NCBI GenBank assembly: GCA_020634395.1
Contig: JACKBU010000014.1
Coordinates: 16,118 to 80,117 of the forward strand
Direction: 5' to 3'
From: Ardenticatenaceae bacterium
GTDB lineage: Bacteria; Chloroflexota; Anaerolineae; Promineifilales; Promineifilaceae
Length of the DNA stretch: 64,000 bases
Positions 26,188 to 36,644 of the stretch are shown in pieces. Position numbers and translations under genes: made by a program. Below the pieces are notes generated by a model, which saw only the letters and a list, made by a program, of their open reading frames with translations, was not told the origin of the DNA and made no database searches. Each line of letters begins with the position of its first letter. Position 1 is the first letter of the stretch.

Positions 26188-28866
26188 ATGCTCGAAACGG
26201 CCGTTCCTTCGTACTTTTTACGAACCAAACTTCATCGCCCCTTGTTGCCATCGGACTACATACCACGACCAAGACTATTAGAACAACTTGAAAGAATTGT
26301 ACAACGGCAAGTTGCCATATTAGTCGCTCCCGCTGGTTACGGTAAGTCCACTCTGGCGAGTGCCTGGGTTGAACAGTCTCACTGTCCTGGTGCCTGGCTG
26401 TCCCTGGATGAAGGCGATAATGAGCTGTTTGTTTTTATCGGTTATTTTGTCGCTGCCATCGAGTCTGTTTTTCCCAATTTTGGGGAACGAATATCAGTGT
26501 TAGCTCGGAATCCTACTAGGCCGTCGCTGCCGACTGTTAGTAATTATCTGCTCTATGAGATAGACCAGATAGAGCAGGATTTTGTGCTTGTATTGGATGA
26601 TTTCCAGGCCATTACAAATTCTGACGTTCATGAGATATTGCAGGGACTCTTCCGTTATCCTCTGCCTCATTTCCATCTGGTTTTAATAAGCCGCCACAAA
26701 CCCCCTTTGCAAGTTTTGAAGCTGCAGGCCCAGAGCAGGTTAGGAGAACTGCGGACTAACGATTTACGCTTCTCAGAAACAGAGGTTGCTGCCTTTGCCG
26801 AAAAGGCGCTGCCGTTCCCGCCGGATGCGGCAACGATTAAAAGTCTGGCGGAAAAAACAGAAGGCTGGCCGGTGGGTTTGCGCCTGGCCACGATTGCCAT
26901 CCGCCGTTGGGGCCTGGACGAACACCAGCCGGCCGTTTTGCAGGTTGATAATCAATACATTGTTGAGTACCTGATCAATGAAGTTCTGGTCCGGCAGGCG
27001 GCGTCTGTACGCACGCTTCTACTTAAGACTTCGATCCTCGACCGGTTTACTGCTCCTTTGTGCGCTGCCATTTTGAACTCTGAGGCAGTGGAGCAGAAGA
27101 TTCTGCTCCAACTGGAACGCGAAGGGATGTTTATTGAGTCTCTAGATAACCGACGGGAATGGTTTCGTTATCACCAGCTGTTTAGGGAACTGCTGTATGA
27201 ACAATTAACGGAGCAATTTGCGGCGGCGGAAATTGCGGCGATGCACCTGCGGGCCAGCAAATGGTTGGCCGCTCAGGGCTACCTGGAAGAAGCCATTGAC
27301 CACGCTCTCCTTGGCGGGGACGAATCCGCGGCGGTAAGCATCCTCTTTGCCCACGGACCGCTTTTGGTCAGCGAGGAGCGCTGGTTGTTGTTGGAGAGGC
27401 TGCTGAATAAGTTTCGGCCGGAGATTATCAACCGGGAGCCTCTGCTGCTGCTGCTGCTGTGCTGGCTCAGCCTGGCCAGATATTATCTGGCGCGGCTGGA
27501 AAGTATTCGAGAATGTATCGCCGCCGCAGAGATTGGGGCGCTGGAACCGGAGCAAAAGCGTTTTCTGGACTGTTCTATGCACACGTTTGCGGCTATCGGG
27601 CAAAACTGGGCAGGTAATTTTGAGCGAACCGTGTTGCACAGCCGTAAGGCCCTGGCCTTGATCCGGCCAGAGTGGCCAGTGGTGGCCGGTTATGCCTGGA
27701 TACATCTGGGCACGGCCGTTCATCATTTGAAAGGCGGTGAAGCCGCGTTGGTGGCTCTTGCTGAAGACGAACACCTGGCGGTGTCTTCCCGCGACCGAAT
27801 CTACAAGTATATCGCTGTCAGTTTTGTGGACTGGTTGACTGGTGATTTAACCAAGCTCTTCTACACGGCTCGAAATGGTTTGGAGCTGATGGGAAGTAAA
27901 GATTTACTGCTCAGCAGCGGTATCCTGCACTTGATGGCCGGCAGCGCCTGCTATGAGCGGAATGAACTAGACACGGCCGCGGAGCATTTTACGGCCGTGC
28001 TGGGCGTGAAATACGGCTATCGGGCTCTCCCTTTCATGTACTGTGCCATCGGGCAGGCGCTGGTGTATCTGGCGCAAAACATGGCGAACGAAGCCTGGGA
28101 GGTCATAGAAACGGCCGTTGAATTTTGCCTGGAAACGGAGCATTCATCGCTGTTACTCGTGGGCAGAGCCTTTCAGGCCGAATTGGCGCTTCGCCAGGGA
28201 CAGACCGATAAAGCGCGACAGTTGATCGCGAATTTAGAAGGCACCTTTTTGTCCAAACTAATGCCCCATCCTTACCAACCGCAGATCACACTGCCCAAAG
28301 TGTGGCTGTTTGAAGAAACACCAGCCAGCCGCCAAAAAGCTGAAGCGGAATTAAGACGGCTGCGCAGTATTGTCACCGAAACCCACAACGTGCCCGGTCA
28401 AATCAGAGTGTTGTGCTTGCAGGCGCTTTTGTGCCAATCCCAAAACAAAATGGAGGCAGCCGAGGAAGCTCTGGTGCAGGCGGTGCGGTTGGCGCAGCCC
28501 GGTGGCTTTATCCGCTCCTTTGTTGACCTGGGACCACTAATGGCTGTCCTGCTGAAGCATCTTTATTTGCAGGGGTACGCTCCTGTTTTTATCCAGCAAA
28601 TACTAGAAGCCTTTCCCTCCTCCAGGCCGGCCCCAAACACCACGCCCCCTCTTCTCCTCATCGAATCGTTAACTGATCGCGAAATGGAAGTGCTGAACTT
28701 GCTCGCTCAGCGCCTGAGCAATAAAGAGATTTCCAAAATGCTGGTTATTTCACCGGAAACGGTAAAGCGGCACACAAGCAACATTTATCAGAAACTCCAG
28801 GTAAAGAATCGTCGCCAGGCGGTTGCCAAAGCCTATTCTCTAAACCTCCTTGTGGATGTGGCCTGA
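26188..28866 (+). CDS. MalT-like STAND ATPase / LuxR-family transcriptional regulator
   Basis: Walker A VAPAGYGKST, long TPR-like helical middle region, C-terminal LTDREMEVLNLLAQRLSNKEISKMLVISPETVKRHTSNIYQKLQV. Confidence 0.9.
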   Translation: MLETAVPSYFLRTKLHRPLLPSDYIPRPRLLEQLERIVQRQVAILVAPAGYGKSTLASAWVEQSHCPGAWLSLDEGDNELFVFIGYFVAAIESVFPNFGERISVLARNPTRPSLPTVSNYLLYEIDQIEQDFVLVLDDFQAITNSDVHEILQGLFRYPLPHFHLVLISRHKPPLQVLKLQAQSRLGELRTNDLRFSETEVAAFAEKALPFPPDAATIKSLAEKTEGWPVGLRLATIAIRRWGLDEHQPAVLQVDNQYIVEYLINEVLVRQAASVRTLLLKTSILDRFTAPLCAAILNSEAVEQKILLQLEREGMFIESLDNRREWFRYHQLFRELLYEQLTEQFAAAEIAAMHLRASKWLAAQGYLEEAIDHALLGGDESAAVSILFAHGPLLVSEERWLLLERLLNKFRPEIINREPLLLLLLCWLSLARYYLARLESIRECIAAAEIGALEPEQKRFLDCSMHTFAAIGQNWAGNFERTVLHSRKALALIRPEWPVVAGYAWIHLGTAVHHLKGGEAALVALAEDEHLAVSSRDRIYKYIAVSFVDWLTGDLTKLFYTARNGLELMGSKDLLLSSGILHLMAGSACYERNELDTAAEHFTAVLGVKYGYRALPFMYCAIGQALVYLAQNMANEAWEVIETAVEFCLETEHSSLLLVGRAFQAELALRQGQTDKARQLIANLEGTFLSKLMPHPYQPQITLPKVWLFEETPASRQKAEAELRRLRSIVTETHNVPGQIRVLCLQALLCQSQNKMEAAEEALVQAVRLAQPGGFIRSFVDLGPLMAVLLKHLYLQGYAPVFIQQILEAFPSSRPAPNTTPPLLLIESLTDREMEVLNLLAQRLSNKEISKMLVISPETVKRHTSNIYQKLQVKNRRQAVAKAYSLNLLVDVA

Positions 28867-29023
28867 TCCATACCAGATTTACCTCGTCCTCAACCCCCAA
28901 AGTTACTACAACTTTTATACACCTTTATGGCACTGTCGATTGACCATGGATTAACGTACTCTTTTCATCATGATGAACTACGTAAGAGTGGTTCGTTCGG
29001 TGGCAGTAAAAGGACGATGGGCG

Positions 29024-29509
29024 ATGAGTACGTTATTGGTTTTGACTTTTGATAATAAAACCGGCGCTCGCGTAATGGTTGACCAGGTCCAAACTTTGCA
29101 AAGACAGCAGTTAATCACCCTAGCTGACGCAGCCACAGTCATTCGCCAAGAGGACGGAAGGATCAAGATAAAGCAGTTAAACAATCTGGTGGGGGCCGGT
29201 GCTTTCGGTGGAGCATTCTGGGGCTTGTTCGTTGGTACGCTTTTCTGGTCATCCTGGCTGGACCCGGCCAAAGCCGATTGTGCTCCTCCCAAAACACCAA
29301 ACTGCGGCCTTGACGAGGCCTTCATGTTAGAAGTGCATAGTGCCATTAAAGCGGGCTATTCGGCGCTTTTCATGATAGTGGCTTATGTGGCCAACGAAGA
29401 AGTGTATGTCACACTGGCGGAAAATACTGCTACGTTCCAAAAAGTCTATCTTAGCCCCGAAAGTGAAGCAATGTTAAGTGAAGCGTTTGGCGTTGTGGAG
29501 GAGTTTTGA
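29024..29509 (+). CDS. DUF1269-like protein (copy 4, divergent zipper)
   Basis: LLVLTFDNKTGARVMVDQVQTLQRQQLITLADAATVIRQEDGRIKIKQ...GAGAFGGAFWGLFVGTLF aligns with copy 8 at 39456. The second half of the zipper is replaced by the Cys-containing DPAKADCAPPKTPNCG. Confidence 0.7.
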   Translation: MSTLLVLTFDNKTGARVMVDQVQTLQRQQLITLADAATVIRQEDGRIKIKQLNNLVGAGAFGGAFWGLFVGTLFWSSWLDPAKADCAPPKTPNCGLDEAFMLEVHSAIKAGYSALFMIVAYVANEEVYVTLAENTATFQKVYLSPESEAMLSEAFGVVEEF

Positions 29510-29703
29510 TCAAGCGTTTCGCCCCCGTGACTTCATCAACCGGGGAAGAATATTTGCCGCCTTTGTCAGTCCGCTTTTACGGAAAGCAAGGGATCTGATC
29601 TCTGAAGCGGTTGGTTTGTTGGGTTCATGGCGAGACTGGCAAACAGCACAATCTCGCACACGTTAGTTATAGAAAACGATATATCATATAGGAGGTATAC
29701 AAA

Positions 29704-30132
29704 ATGTTGAAGTATGGACCTGTGGATGTGGTCGTCCTGGCATTTGGCGAGCCACAGTTTGACGGCTCCATCTTGACGGCTCTTGAACAACAGGCTGCAA
29801 CCGGAACCATTCGGGTGCTTGATGCCATGGTGTTGTTCAAGGATGAAGATGGAAAGCAGTGGCAGCTCGATTTGGAGGATTTGCCAGAGGAGGAGAAGAC
29901 GGCCGTTGGGTTTATCGAGACGGGTACGCGCGGGCTGTTCGACACCGAAGACGCCGAGACATTATGGGAAGGTATGGTCCCCGGTTCTGGCGTTCTGGCG
30001 TTGGCAATTGAGCATGCCTGGGCAGTTTCTCTGGTGAATGCTATTGCCGAAAATGGCGTAGAAGTCGCTTTGAACTTCCGTGTACCGGCTCCGATTGTAG
30101 ATGAAGCATTTGCTTCACTTTCTGTATCTTAA
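29704..30132 (+). CDS. soluble DUF1269-related protein (copy 5, no glycine zipper)
   Basis: AGGAGG RBS. VDVVVLAFGEPQFDGSILTALEQQAATGTIRVLDAMVLFKDEDG shares the N-terminal pattern of the family. Confidence 0.6.
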   Translation: MLKYGPVDVVVLAFGEPQFDGSILTALEQQAATGTIRVLDAMVLFKDEDGKQWQLDLEDLPEEEKTAVGFIETGTRGLFDTEDAETLWEGMVPGSGVLALAIEHAWAVSLVNAIAENGVEVALNFRVPAPIVDEAFASLSVS

Positions 30133-30147
30133 CTCAAGGAGGTTATC

Positions 30148-30459
30148 ATGCCAGGATTAGTACGAGGTATGGCGCGAACGGCCGCTGTAGTGGGCACTGC
30201 CACAGCCACCCGTAACGCAATAAACCGCCGCCAGGCAGATAAGAATGTAGCCGCTTATTCCAATGCCATGGAGCATCAGGCGTCGCAGCAGTATGCGCCC
30301 CCACCACAGCAGTATGCCCCACCACCGGCAGAGGAATACTATGCCCCGCCTTCTCAGGAGGATGTGATTACTCAGCTGGAGCGCCTGGGCGCTCTTAAGG
30401 CTCAGGGCATTCTTACTGAAGAGGAGTTTGCGGCAGAGAAAGCCAAGTTGCTTGGCTAA
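30148..30459 (+). CDS. SHOCT domain protein with Pro/Gln/Tyr repeat linker
   Basis: AAGGAGG RBS. QQYAPPPQQYAPPPAEEYYAPP, then ITQLERLGALKAQGILTEEEFAAEKAKLLG (SHOCT pattern). Confidence 0.75.
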   Translation: MPGLVRGMARTAAVVGTATATRNAINRRQADKNVAAYSNAMEHQASQQYAPPPQQYAPPPAEEYYAPPSQEDVITQLERLGALKAQGILTEEEFAAEKAKLLG

Positions 30460-30558
30460 CGGCCGTCTAAACCACTATCCACATCGTTAGCAGGGACTTT
30501 ATTGAGGCGAAGACGGATTGAAACTTCTCCGCCTCGCCCCATACAAGGAGGATTAGCA

Positions 30559-30858
30559 ATGTGTTGTGCCTTTTTAGCGCTTGTGTTATTTGGCCCCCGT
30601 CTGTTTGGCGTGTTTTGGTGGATTTTCCAGCCCCTGCGCTGGCAAGCCGCGTTTAACAACTGGATCGGCCTCTATTGGATCTGGCCCACGCTCGGGATTG
30701 TTTTCCTTCCCTGGACGACGATCATGTATGTGATTGTGGCGCCCGGCGGTGTGAATGGCTGGGATTGGCTCTGGATTGGGCTGATGCTGCTGGCGGACAT
30801 AGCCTCTTATACCGGCGGTTTCGGCCGCAAGCGTATCCCTGGTTACGAAGGGTATTAA
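30559..30858 (+). CDS. small membrane protein (99 aa)
   Basis: AAGGAGG RBS before ATG 30559. Three Trp-rich hydrophobic helices. Confidence 0.55.
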   Translation: MCCAFLALVLFGPRLFGVFWWIFQPLRWQAAFNNWIGLYWIWPTLGIVFLPWTTIMYVIVAPGGVNGWDWLWIGLMLLADIASYTGGFGRKRIPGYEGY

Positions 30859-30870
30859 CCTCTGACCGGT

Positions 30871-30918
30871 AATCGGCAAAAAGCGAGCAAGCATTCGCTT
30901 GAAAGCTTTTTGCCGATT
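30871..30918 (+). terminator. intrinsic terminator
   Basis: AATCGGCAAAAAGC ... GCTTTTTGCCGATT followed by TTTCC. Confidence 0.75.
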
Positions 30919-31095
30919 TTTCCTGTGTGGTCGGGGTATAACTTGGTGCAGCGACAAGATTTTGATATTCTATGACGAGAGTCAAAAAATTGCGGCGTCC
31001 TGATGATCAAGTTTAGTCGTTGCTTGATCAAGCCATCTCCAATACCTTTGGGGTTTTCCTAATAGCTGCACAATTTGCGTAACCGGCGAGTCTCA

Positions 31096-32817
31096 ATGAA
31101 ATCTTTCGTACCTATTCTTAGCTGGCTTCCTGCTTATCAGGGCAAACTGCTGCGTGGCGACGTGATTGCCGCGTTAACCGTGTGGGCATTGTTAGTGCCA
31201 GAAGCAATGGCATACGCGGGCATTGCCGGGCTGCCGCCAGAAACCGGTTTGTATACAGCGCCGCTGGCGCTGATAGCCTATGCTATTTTTGGTACTTCGC
31301 GCCATCTGAGTGTTGGCCCAAGTTCCACCGTCGCAGCACTTTCTTTTACGGTAGTGGCTGGATTGGCCGTGATTGGTTCTGGCGAATTTTTGCTGTTATC
31401 GGTGACGCTGGCTCTGGTTACCGGGTTACTGCTCATCGCCGCCAGTTTTTTGCGGCTGGGTGTGATGGCGGATTTTTTGTCGCGGCCGGTGCTGGACGGG
31501 TTTGTAGTGGGGGTGGCTATTTCTATTGCCGTAGGGCAGTTGGATAAGATTTTGGGGTATGAACCCAAGTCTACTTATAGTTTTGTGCCGGAAGTGTTGT
31601 TGTTTATCCGTGACATCACCCTGATTCATTGGCCTACATTTTTAGTGGGGACGGTCAGCCTGGGTCTGTTGTTTGCGCTGCACAAATTTGTGCCCAAGAT
31701 TCCAGCCGCGTTGGTGGTGTTGTTCTTGTCCATTATTCTTTCCAGCCTGATGGATTTTGCGGCGATGGGAATTCATATTGTAGGGCAGATTCCGGCTTCG
31801 CTGCCGCCTTTTGGTTTGCCAGAAGGGTTGTCCTTGCAGGATATGCTGTCTGTTATGGTGGGAGCTGGTGGGGTCGCGTTGGTAGCGTTCGCGGAATCGG
31901 TAGCCATTGCCCGCTCGATAGCGACCCGATTTGGGTATGAAGTGCGGGCGGATCAGGAACTGCTGGCTGTGGGGGCGGCTAATTTGGGGGCGGGTTTTTG
32001 TGGCGGATTTGTGGTGGATGGCAGTATGTCCAAAACGGCCGCGTCGGTGGAGTCCGGGGCGCAGTCGCAAATGGTTTCCATCATCGCGGCGGTGGCTATT
32101 TTGATTACGGCCGTTGCCCTGACCCCGCTCTTTTACAGCCTGCCAGAGGCTACGTTGGGGGCCATCGTCATCCATGCCGTCTGGCACTCCATCAACCTGC
32201 GAAAAGTAGGGCAATATCGCGGCATTACAACGCTTGACTACGCAACGGCCGTTGTGGCTTTGGGAGGCGTGCTGCTGTTGGGCTTGCTGCAAGGTTTGCT
32301 GCTGGCAACCTTTCTGGCGCTGGTCGTGTTGTTGTTTGGCACCAAACGGCGCAATACGGCCGTGTTGGGGAAGGTGCCGGGCACGACCGTTTTCCGCAGC
32401 ATCGAAAACTATCCGGATGGGGAAACCTTTCCGGGACTCGTCATTCTACGCTTTGATGGGGCCTTGTTCTTTGCCAACGCCCCGGATTTTATTTCTGCGG
32501 CCCGACAGGCTTTAACGACGGCCCAATCACCGCCAAAAGTTGTCTTGATAGATGGGGAAAGCATGAACGGCATTGACGCCACCGCCGCCATCATGTTGAT
32601 GGAGTTTCAAGAAGAACTGACGCGAACAGGCATTGAACTGCGCCTGTGCCGCATGAAAACGGAGATTATGAAGATCATTCAGCGCACAGAATTGTATGCC
32701 ACCATCCCCCCGGAGCACTATTATCTGACGGTGGAAGAAGCAGTTAAGGCATATCTGACCGATACACAACAGAGCAGCAATGGCCGTGTTAAGGAACCCG
32801 CTTCGACTAAAATATGA
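31096..32817 (+). CDS. SulP family sulfate permease with STAS domain
   Basis: ILSWLPAYQGKLLRGDVIAALTVWALLVPEAMAYAGIAGLPPETGLY is a canonical SulP N-terminus. STAS tail VILRFDGALFFANA. Confidence 0.9.
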   Translation: MKSFVPILSWLPAYQGKLLRGDVIAALTVWALLVPEAMAYAGIAGLPPETGLYTAPLALIAYAIFGTSRHLSVGPSSTVAALSFTVVAGLAVIGSGEFLLLSVTLALVTGLLLIAASFLRLGVMADFLSRPVLDGFVVGVAISIAVGQLDKILGYEPKSTYSFVPEVLLFIRDITLIHWPTFLVGTVSLGLLFALHKFVPKIPAALVVLFLSIILSSLMDFAAMGIHIVGQIPASLPPFGLPEGLSLQDMLSVMVGAGGVALVAFAESVAIARSIATRFGYEVRADQELLAVGAANLGAGFCGGFVVDGSMSKTAASVESGAQSQMVSIIAAVAILITAVALTPLFYSLPEATLGAIVIHAVWHSINLRKVGQYRGITTLDYATAVVALGGVLLLGLLQGLLLATFLALVVLLFGTKRRNTAVLGKVPGTTVFRSIENYPDGETFPGLVILRFDGALFFANAPDFISAARQALTTAQSPPKVVLIDGESMNGIDATAAIMLMEFQEELTRTGIELRLCRMKTEIMKIIQRTELYATIPPEHYYLTVEEAVKAYLTDTQQSSNGRVKEPASTKI

Positions 32818-34495
32818 TCGCCAGAACCTCGCCTCTGATTTAACGGCAGGTGTCGCTTCCGCCTTTGTCACCATACCCGATGGTCTGGCTTCGGCAATAC
32901 TGGCCGGCGTCAATCCCATGCAGGGGTTGTATGCCTTGATGGTTGGCACGCCCATTGCCGCTTTTACGCTTAGTTCGCAGTTTATGTACGTGGGTAACAC
33001 AGGCGCTATGGCTGTGGCTACCGGGGATGCCCTGGCCGATGTTTCTGGTGTGGATGTGCTGCAGGCGCTGGCCATACTAACCCTGATGGTGGGCGTTATC
33101 CAGTTTCTTTTGGGCATTCTGCGGCTGGGCGGCATCACCAAATTTGTGTCTAACGCCGTCATGGTTGGATTTATGACTGGCATAGCCCTGCTGATTATTT
33201 TGGGCCAGCTCAAAACGTTTACCGGGTACACCAGCCCTTATAACAACGATGTGCTGGCAGGATTGGACACGCTGCTTCATTTTAACCAGTGGGATTTGGG
33301 AACTTTTTTTGTTGGCGCCCTGACCATTGCCTTAATTGTCGGATTGGGTAAAACGCGGCTGAAAGACTTTAACATGATTCTGGCTATTTTGGCGGCTTCG
33401 GTGGTAACGGCCGTTTTTAGCCTCAGCTCTGTGGAAACCATTGGCGACATCGCCGATATCCCGCGCGGTTTTCCTTCCTTAACCCTGCCCGATTTCTCAT
33501 TAATTCCACTGCTGCTCCCGTCGGCCTTGGCCTTAGCCCTCATTGGGCTGGTACAGGCTGTGGGGGTTAGTAAAACGGTACCCAACTCCGACGGCAACTT
33601 TCCCGACGCTTCGCGCGATTTTGCCGGCCAGGGCCTGGCCAACATTGGCAGCGGCCTCGTGGGTGGGCTGCCCATTGGCGGCACCATGTCTGAAACCTCT
33701 GTGAGCATGAGCGCCGGCGCGAAAACGCGCTTTGCCAACATCTTTTCGGGCATTCTCATTATCACCGTGGTGCTGCTGTTTGGAAATCTTGTAGAGCGCA
33801 TCGCCATGCCGGCCGTGGCGGCGCTGCTCATGGTGGCCGGCTATGAAGCCATCAAGATTAGTGAAATTGAAGATGTCCGGGATATCGGCATTGGGCCGCG
33901 GGCCATCATGCTGGTGACTTTTATGGCGACCATGATCTGGCCACTGCAGTATGCGGTCCTCGTGGGCGTTATCTTATCTGTGCTGCAATATTTAGGACAG
34001 TCGGCGGCTGATGTGCGGCTGGGCGCGCTGGTTCCGCAACCCGATGGCTATGTGTTGGAAACGGATCCTCCAGAAGTACTGGAATCGTACAGCGTGATTT
34101 TGCTGCGAGTATATGGCAGTGTTTTTTATGCGGCAGCTTCCAGACTGGAGGAACTACTACCGGCGCCCCAGCAAGCGGTAGGAGCGGTGGTTATTTTAAA
34201 TTTGCGCGGGGCGGATCGGGTAGGCAGCACCTTCATCAAGGTGCTTGAGCGGTATGCTCTCAAGCTTAGAGTGCACGGCAGCAAATTGATGCTGACCGGT
34301 GTTCATAAACGCGTTCTGGAGCAGATTGAAAAGACAGAAACGACGGAGTCGATTGCCCGTGATGATATTTTCCTGGCGGATGAACGACTCATGTTTGCTA
34401 CCTGGCAGGCATGGTCGGCGGCTCAGGCGTGGGTCGCGGCCCAACGAGGAGCGGTGGCGAAGCCAGAAGAAGCAGATGTGAACGTGCAGCAGTAA
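32780..34495 (+). CDS. SulP family anion permease with STAS domain (overlaps upstream gene by 38 nt)
   Basis: LTAGVASAFVTIPDGLASAILAGVNPMQGLY. STAS-like ILLRVYGSVFYAAA. Confidence 0.85.
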   Translation: MAVLRNPLRLKYDRQNLASDLTAGVASAFVTIPDGLASAILAGVNPMQGLYALMVGTPIAAFTLSSQFMYVGNTGAMAVATGDALADVSGVDVLQALAILTLMVGVIQFLLGILRLGGITKFVSNAVMVGFMTGIALLIILGQLKTFTGYTSPYNNDVLAGLDTLLHFNQWDLGTFFVGALTIALIVGLGKTRLKDFNMILAILAASVVTAVFSLSSVETIGDIADIPRGFPSLTLPDFSLIPLLLPSALALALIGLVQAVGVSKTVPNSDGNFPDASRDFAGQGLANIGSGLVGGLPIGGTMSETSVSMSAGAKTRFANIFSGILIITVVLLFGNLVERIAMPAVAALLMVAGYEAIKISEIEDVRDIGIGPRAIMLVTFMATMIWPLQYAVLVGVILSVLQYLGQSAADVRLGALVPQPDGYVLETDPPEVLESYSVILLRVYGSVFYAAASRLEELLPAPQQAVGAVVILNLRGADRVGSTFIKVLERYALKLRVHGSKLMLTGVHKRVLEQIEKTETTESIARDDIFLADERLMFATWQAWSAAQAWVAAQRGAVAKPEEADVNVQQ

Positions 34496-34597
34496 CAGGC
34501 TGCGGCGTGCAGCCAGATTATTATTGACTTTTTGGTGAGTGCCAGACCACCAGTCTTGGCGTGGTTTGGGCAAATTTAGTGAAAGGAGAGTGAAACT

Positions 34598-35152
34598 ATG
34601 TTAAGAAGACGAGCGGGAGAACCAGGTCCGGGACCAGCGCGCGGTCCGGTCCGGGGTGGCGGGGCAACCCGCTACCAGATGCGGCAGCGTATGTTTGCCA
34701 TTGGCGATGATTTCTTTATTGAAGATCAAAACGGCCGTCGCGTTTTCAAAGTCGATGGTAAAGCCTTACGAGTCCGTTCTACGCTGCTGTTTGAGGACGC
34801 AAACGGCCGTGAACTGTACAAAATCCAGGAAAAGATGGTGCGCGTGCGCGATACCATGGACATTGAAGATGCCAATGGGCGGGTAGCCGCTAAGGTCCAC
34901 AACGCCCTAATCACCCCGCTGCGTGACCGCTGGCAAATCGACATCCCTGGCGGCGCAGACCTGACTACCCAGGGCAACATCGTCAATCATGAATACCGCA
35001 TTGAGCAGGGCCGCCAGACGGTAGCCACAATCTCTAAGAACTGGTTCCGGGTGCGCGATACCTACGGGGTAGAAGTGGCGCCCGGCCAGGATGATGCCCT
35101 GCTGCTGGCTATCACGGTGTGCATTGACATGATGGCCCATTCGGGCCGGTAA
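34598..35152 (+). CDS. LURP-one-related / tubby-C-like (DUF567) protein
   Basis: AAGGAGAG RBS. Repeated beta-hairpin pattern FAIGDDFFIEDQNGRRVFKVDGK...LFEDANGRELYKIQEK...IEDANGRVAAKV. Confidence 0.7.
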   Translation: MLRRRAGEPGPGPARGPVRGGGATRYQMRQRMFAIGDDFFIEDQNGRRVFKVDGKALRVRSTLLFEDANGRELYKIQEKMVRVRDTMDIEDANGRVAAKVHNALITPLRDRWQIDIPGGADLTTQGNIVNHEYRIEQGRQTVATISKNWFRVRDTYGVEVAPGQDDALLLAITVCIDMMAHSGR

Positions 35153-35231
35153 GTTTTCGTCCGGGCGCAACCCGCGAGTGGTTGCCAGGCACGATTTCTA
35201 AACTGAAGATACGGAAACGGAGGTAAGCAAA

Positions 35232-36113
35232 ATGAGTGGTCCAATTCAAATGGTCATGATCAAGTTTGATACGACGGAAAAGTTCCAGGGCGAAATTATG
35301 CGGGAATTGAATGAGCTGCGGGGCAAAGGGCTGATTCGCCTGCTTGATGTGATGATGGTGGCGAAAAAGCCCAATGGCCAGATACAGCGCATGGAGATGA
35401 CCGACCTGAGCGATGCCCAAATGCATAAGTTTGGCGTGGTGTTGGGGAAGTTGATGGGTATGGATGGCGACACGGCCGTTTCCGAATCCCCTCTGGTCGC
35501 TGCCGGCACCCAGTTTGGCCTGACGGCTGATGATCTGGCCAGTTTGCCTGACCAACTGGAACCTAATACGGCAGCCGCTTTGTTACTATTTGAACATACC
35601 TGGGCGGCCGGTTTTCGGGCAGCCGTCGCCCGGGCCGGCGGACATATGACCGCCCAGGGTTTCCTGACGCCGCAGCTCCTCACGACAGTGGGTAGAGAAG
35701 TTAAGGCAATTCAGGAGGCAGAGGCAACCCTTGAACTGACGGAGGCGATCAAAGGCGCGGCAATGCTGGATGCTTTGATTACCCTGGCGGAAGTGGAGGC
35801 TATTGAGGAAGCGGCCGTTGAAGAGGCCGCCGTCGTTGTCGCTCTGGCGGAAGAGGTAGAAGCGCAAGCCGTGGCCGAGGTCATAGAGGTGTCCGAAAGA
35901 GCGGAATTCGTTAAATCGGCTATTGCGGCTGACGTTCTGCGCACTTTGGTTGTAGCTGGTATGATTGAAGACGCGGCTGTAAACGAAGCGTTGGAAGTTT
36001 TGGCAGCCGCCGAGTTGATTGAGGAAGCGGCGATGCTGGAAGCGGCGACGGCCGTGGCCACCATGGAAGCCGAAGTTGCCGAAGCGAAAGAAGCGTTGGC
36101 GGCAAATCCCTAG
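35232..36113 (+). CDS. soluble DUF1269-related protein (copy 6) with Glu/Ala/Val-rich repetitive C-terminal tail
   Basis: N-terminus MVMIKFDTTEKFQGEIMRELNELRGKGLIRLLDVMMVAKKPNGQ is paralogous to 29704. The last ~120 aa are AEVEAIEEAAVEEAAVVVALAEEVEAQAVAEVIEV... Confidence 0.65.
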   Translation: MSGPIQMVMIKFDTTEKFQGEIMRELNELRGKGLIRLLDVMMVAKKPNGQIQRMEMTDLSDAQMHKFGVVLGKLMGMDGDTAVSESPLVAAGTQFGLTADDLASLPDQLEPNTAAALLLFEHTWAAGFRAAVARAGGHMTAQGFLTPQLLTTVGREVKAIQEAEATLELTEAIKGAAMLDALITLAEVEAIEEAAVEEAAVVVALAEEVEAQAVAEVIEVSERAEFVKSAIAADVLRTLVVAGMIEDAAVNEALEVLAAAELIEEAAMLEAATAVATMEAEVAEAKEALAANP

Positions 36114-36131
36114 ACAGTAGGAGGAATCGAT

Positions 36132-36644
36132 ATGAGCCAGAATTTGATCGTAATCGCTTTTGATACAGAAGATAAGGCGGAAGAAGTCCTGGAGACGATG
36201 AGAAGCAGCGAAAAGCACGGCTTTCTCAATTTAGAAGATTCGGTAGTCGTCAAGAAGGATGCCGATGGCAAAGTACATTCCAAAAACGCCATGGACAAGA
36301 CCACGAAAGAAGGAATAGTGGCCGGTGGTCTTCTTGGAATGTTTTTGACAGCCTTTTTCTTCGGGCCGGTTGGCTGGCTGGGTGCAGCTTTGATCGGCGG
36401 CGCCGCAGGCGGTGGCATCGGGGCATTGATGAAGAAAGGCGTAGAGCGGGACTTCATCAAGGATGTCAGTGAAACGATTCAGCCTGGAACCTCGGCGCTG
36501 TTCCTGGTCGTCCGCTCGGCGAATGCTGACGTGGCCGTGGCGGCTTTACGCCAGTACGAAGGCAAAATTCTTCAGTCTACCCTCCCGGAAGATGCTGAAG
36601 AAACGTTGGAACGCGCATTACGTCCTAAGAACCCTTCCGCCTAA
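36132..36644 (+). CDS. DUF1269 glycine-zipper membrane protein (copy 7, canonical)
   Basis: AGGAGG RBS. LIVIAFDTEDKAEEVLETMRSSEKHGFLNLEDSVVVKKDADGKVH...GGLLGMFLTAFFFGPVGWLGAALIGGAAGGGIG...IQPGTSALFLVV. Confidence 0.85.
   Translation: MSQNLIVIAFDTEDKAEEVLETMRSSEKHGFLNLEDSVVVKKDADGKVHSKNAMDKTTKEGIVAGGLLGMFLTAFFFGPVGWLGAALIGGAAGGGIGALMKKGVERDFIKDVSETIQPGTSALFLVVRSANADVAVAALRQYEGKILQSTLPEDAEETLERALRPKNPSA

Noticed and set aside
31004-31030. Inverted repeat TGATCAAG-n11-CTTGATCA upstream of the SulP gene as an operator
   Set aside because: It has only 8-bp arms and a single occurrence. It cannot be separated from chance without comparative data.
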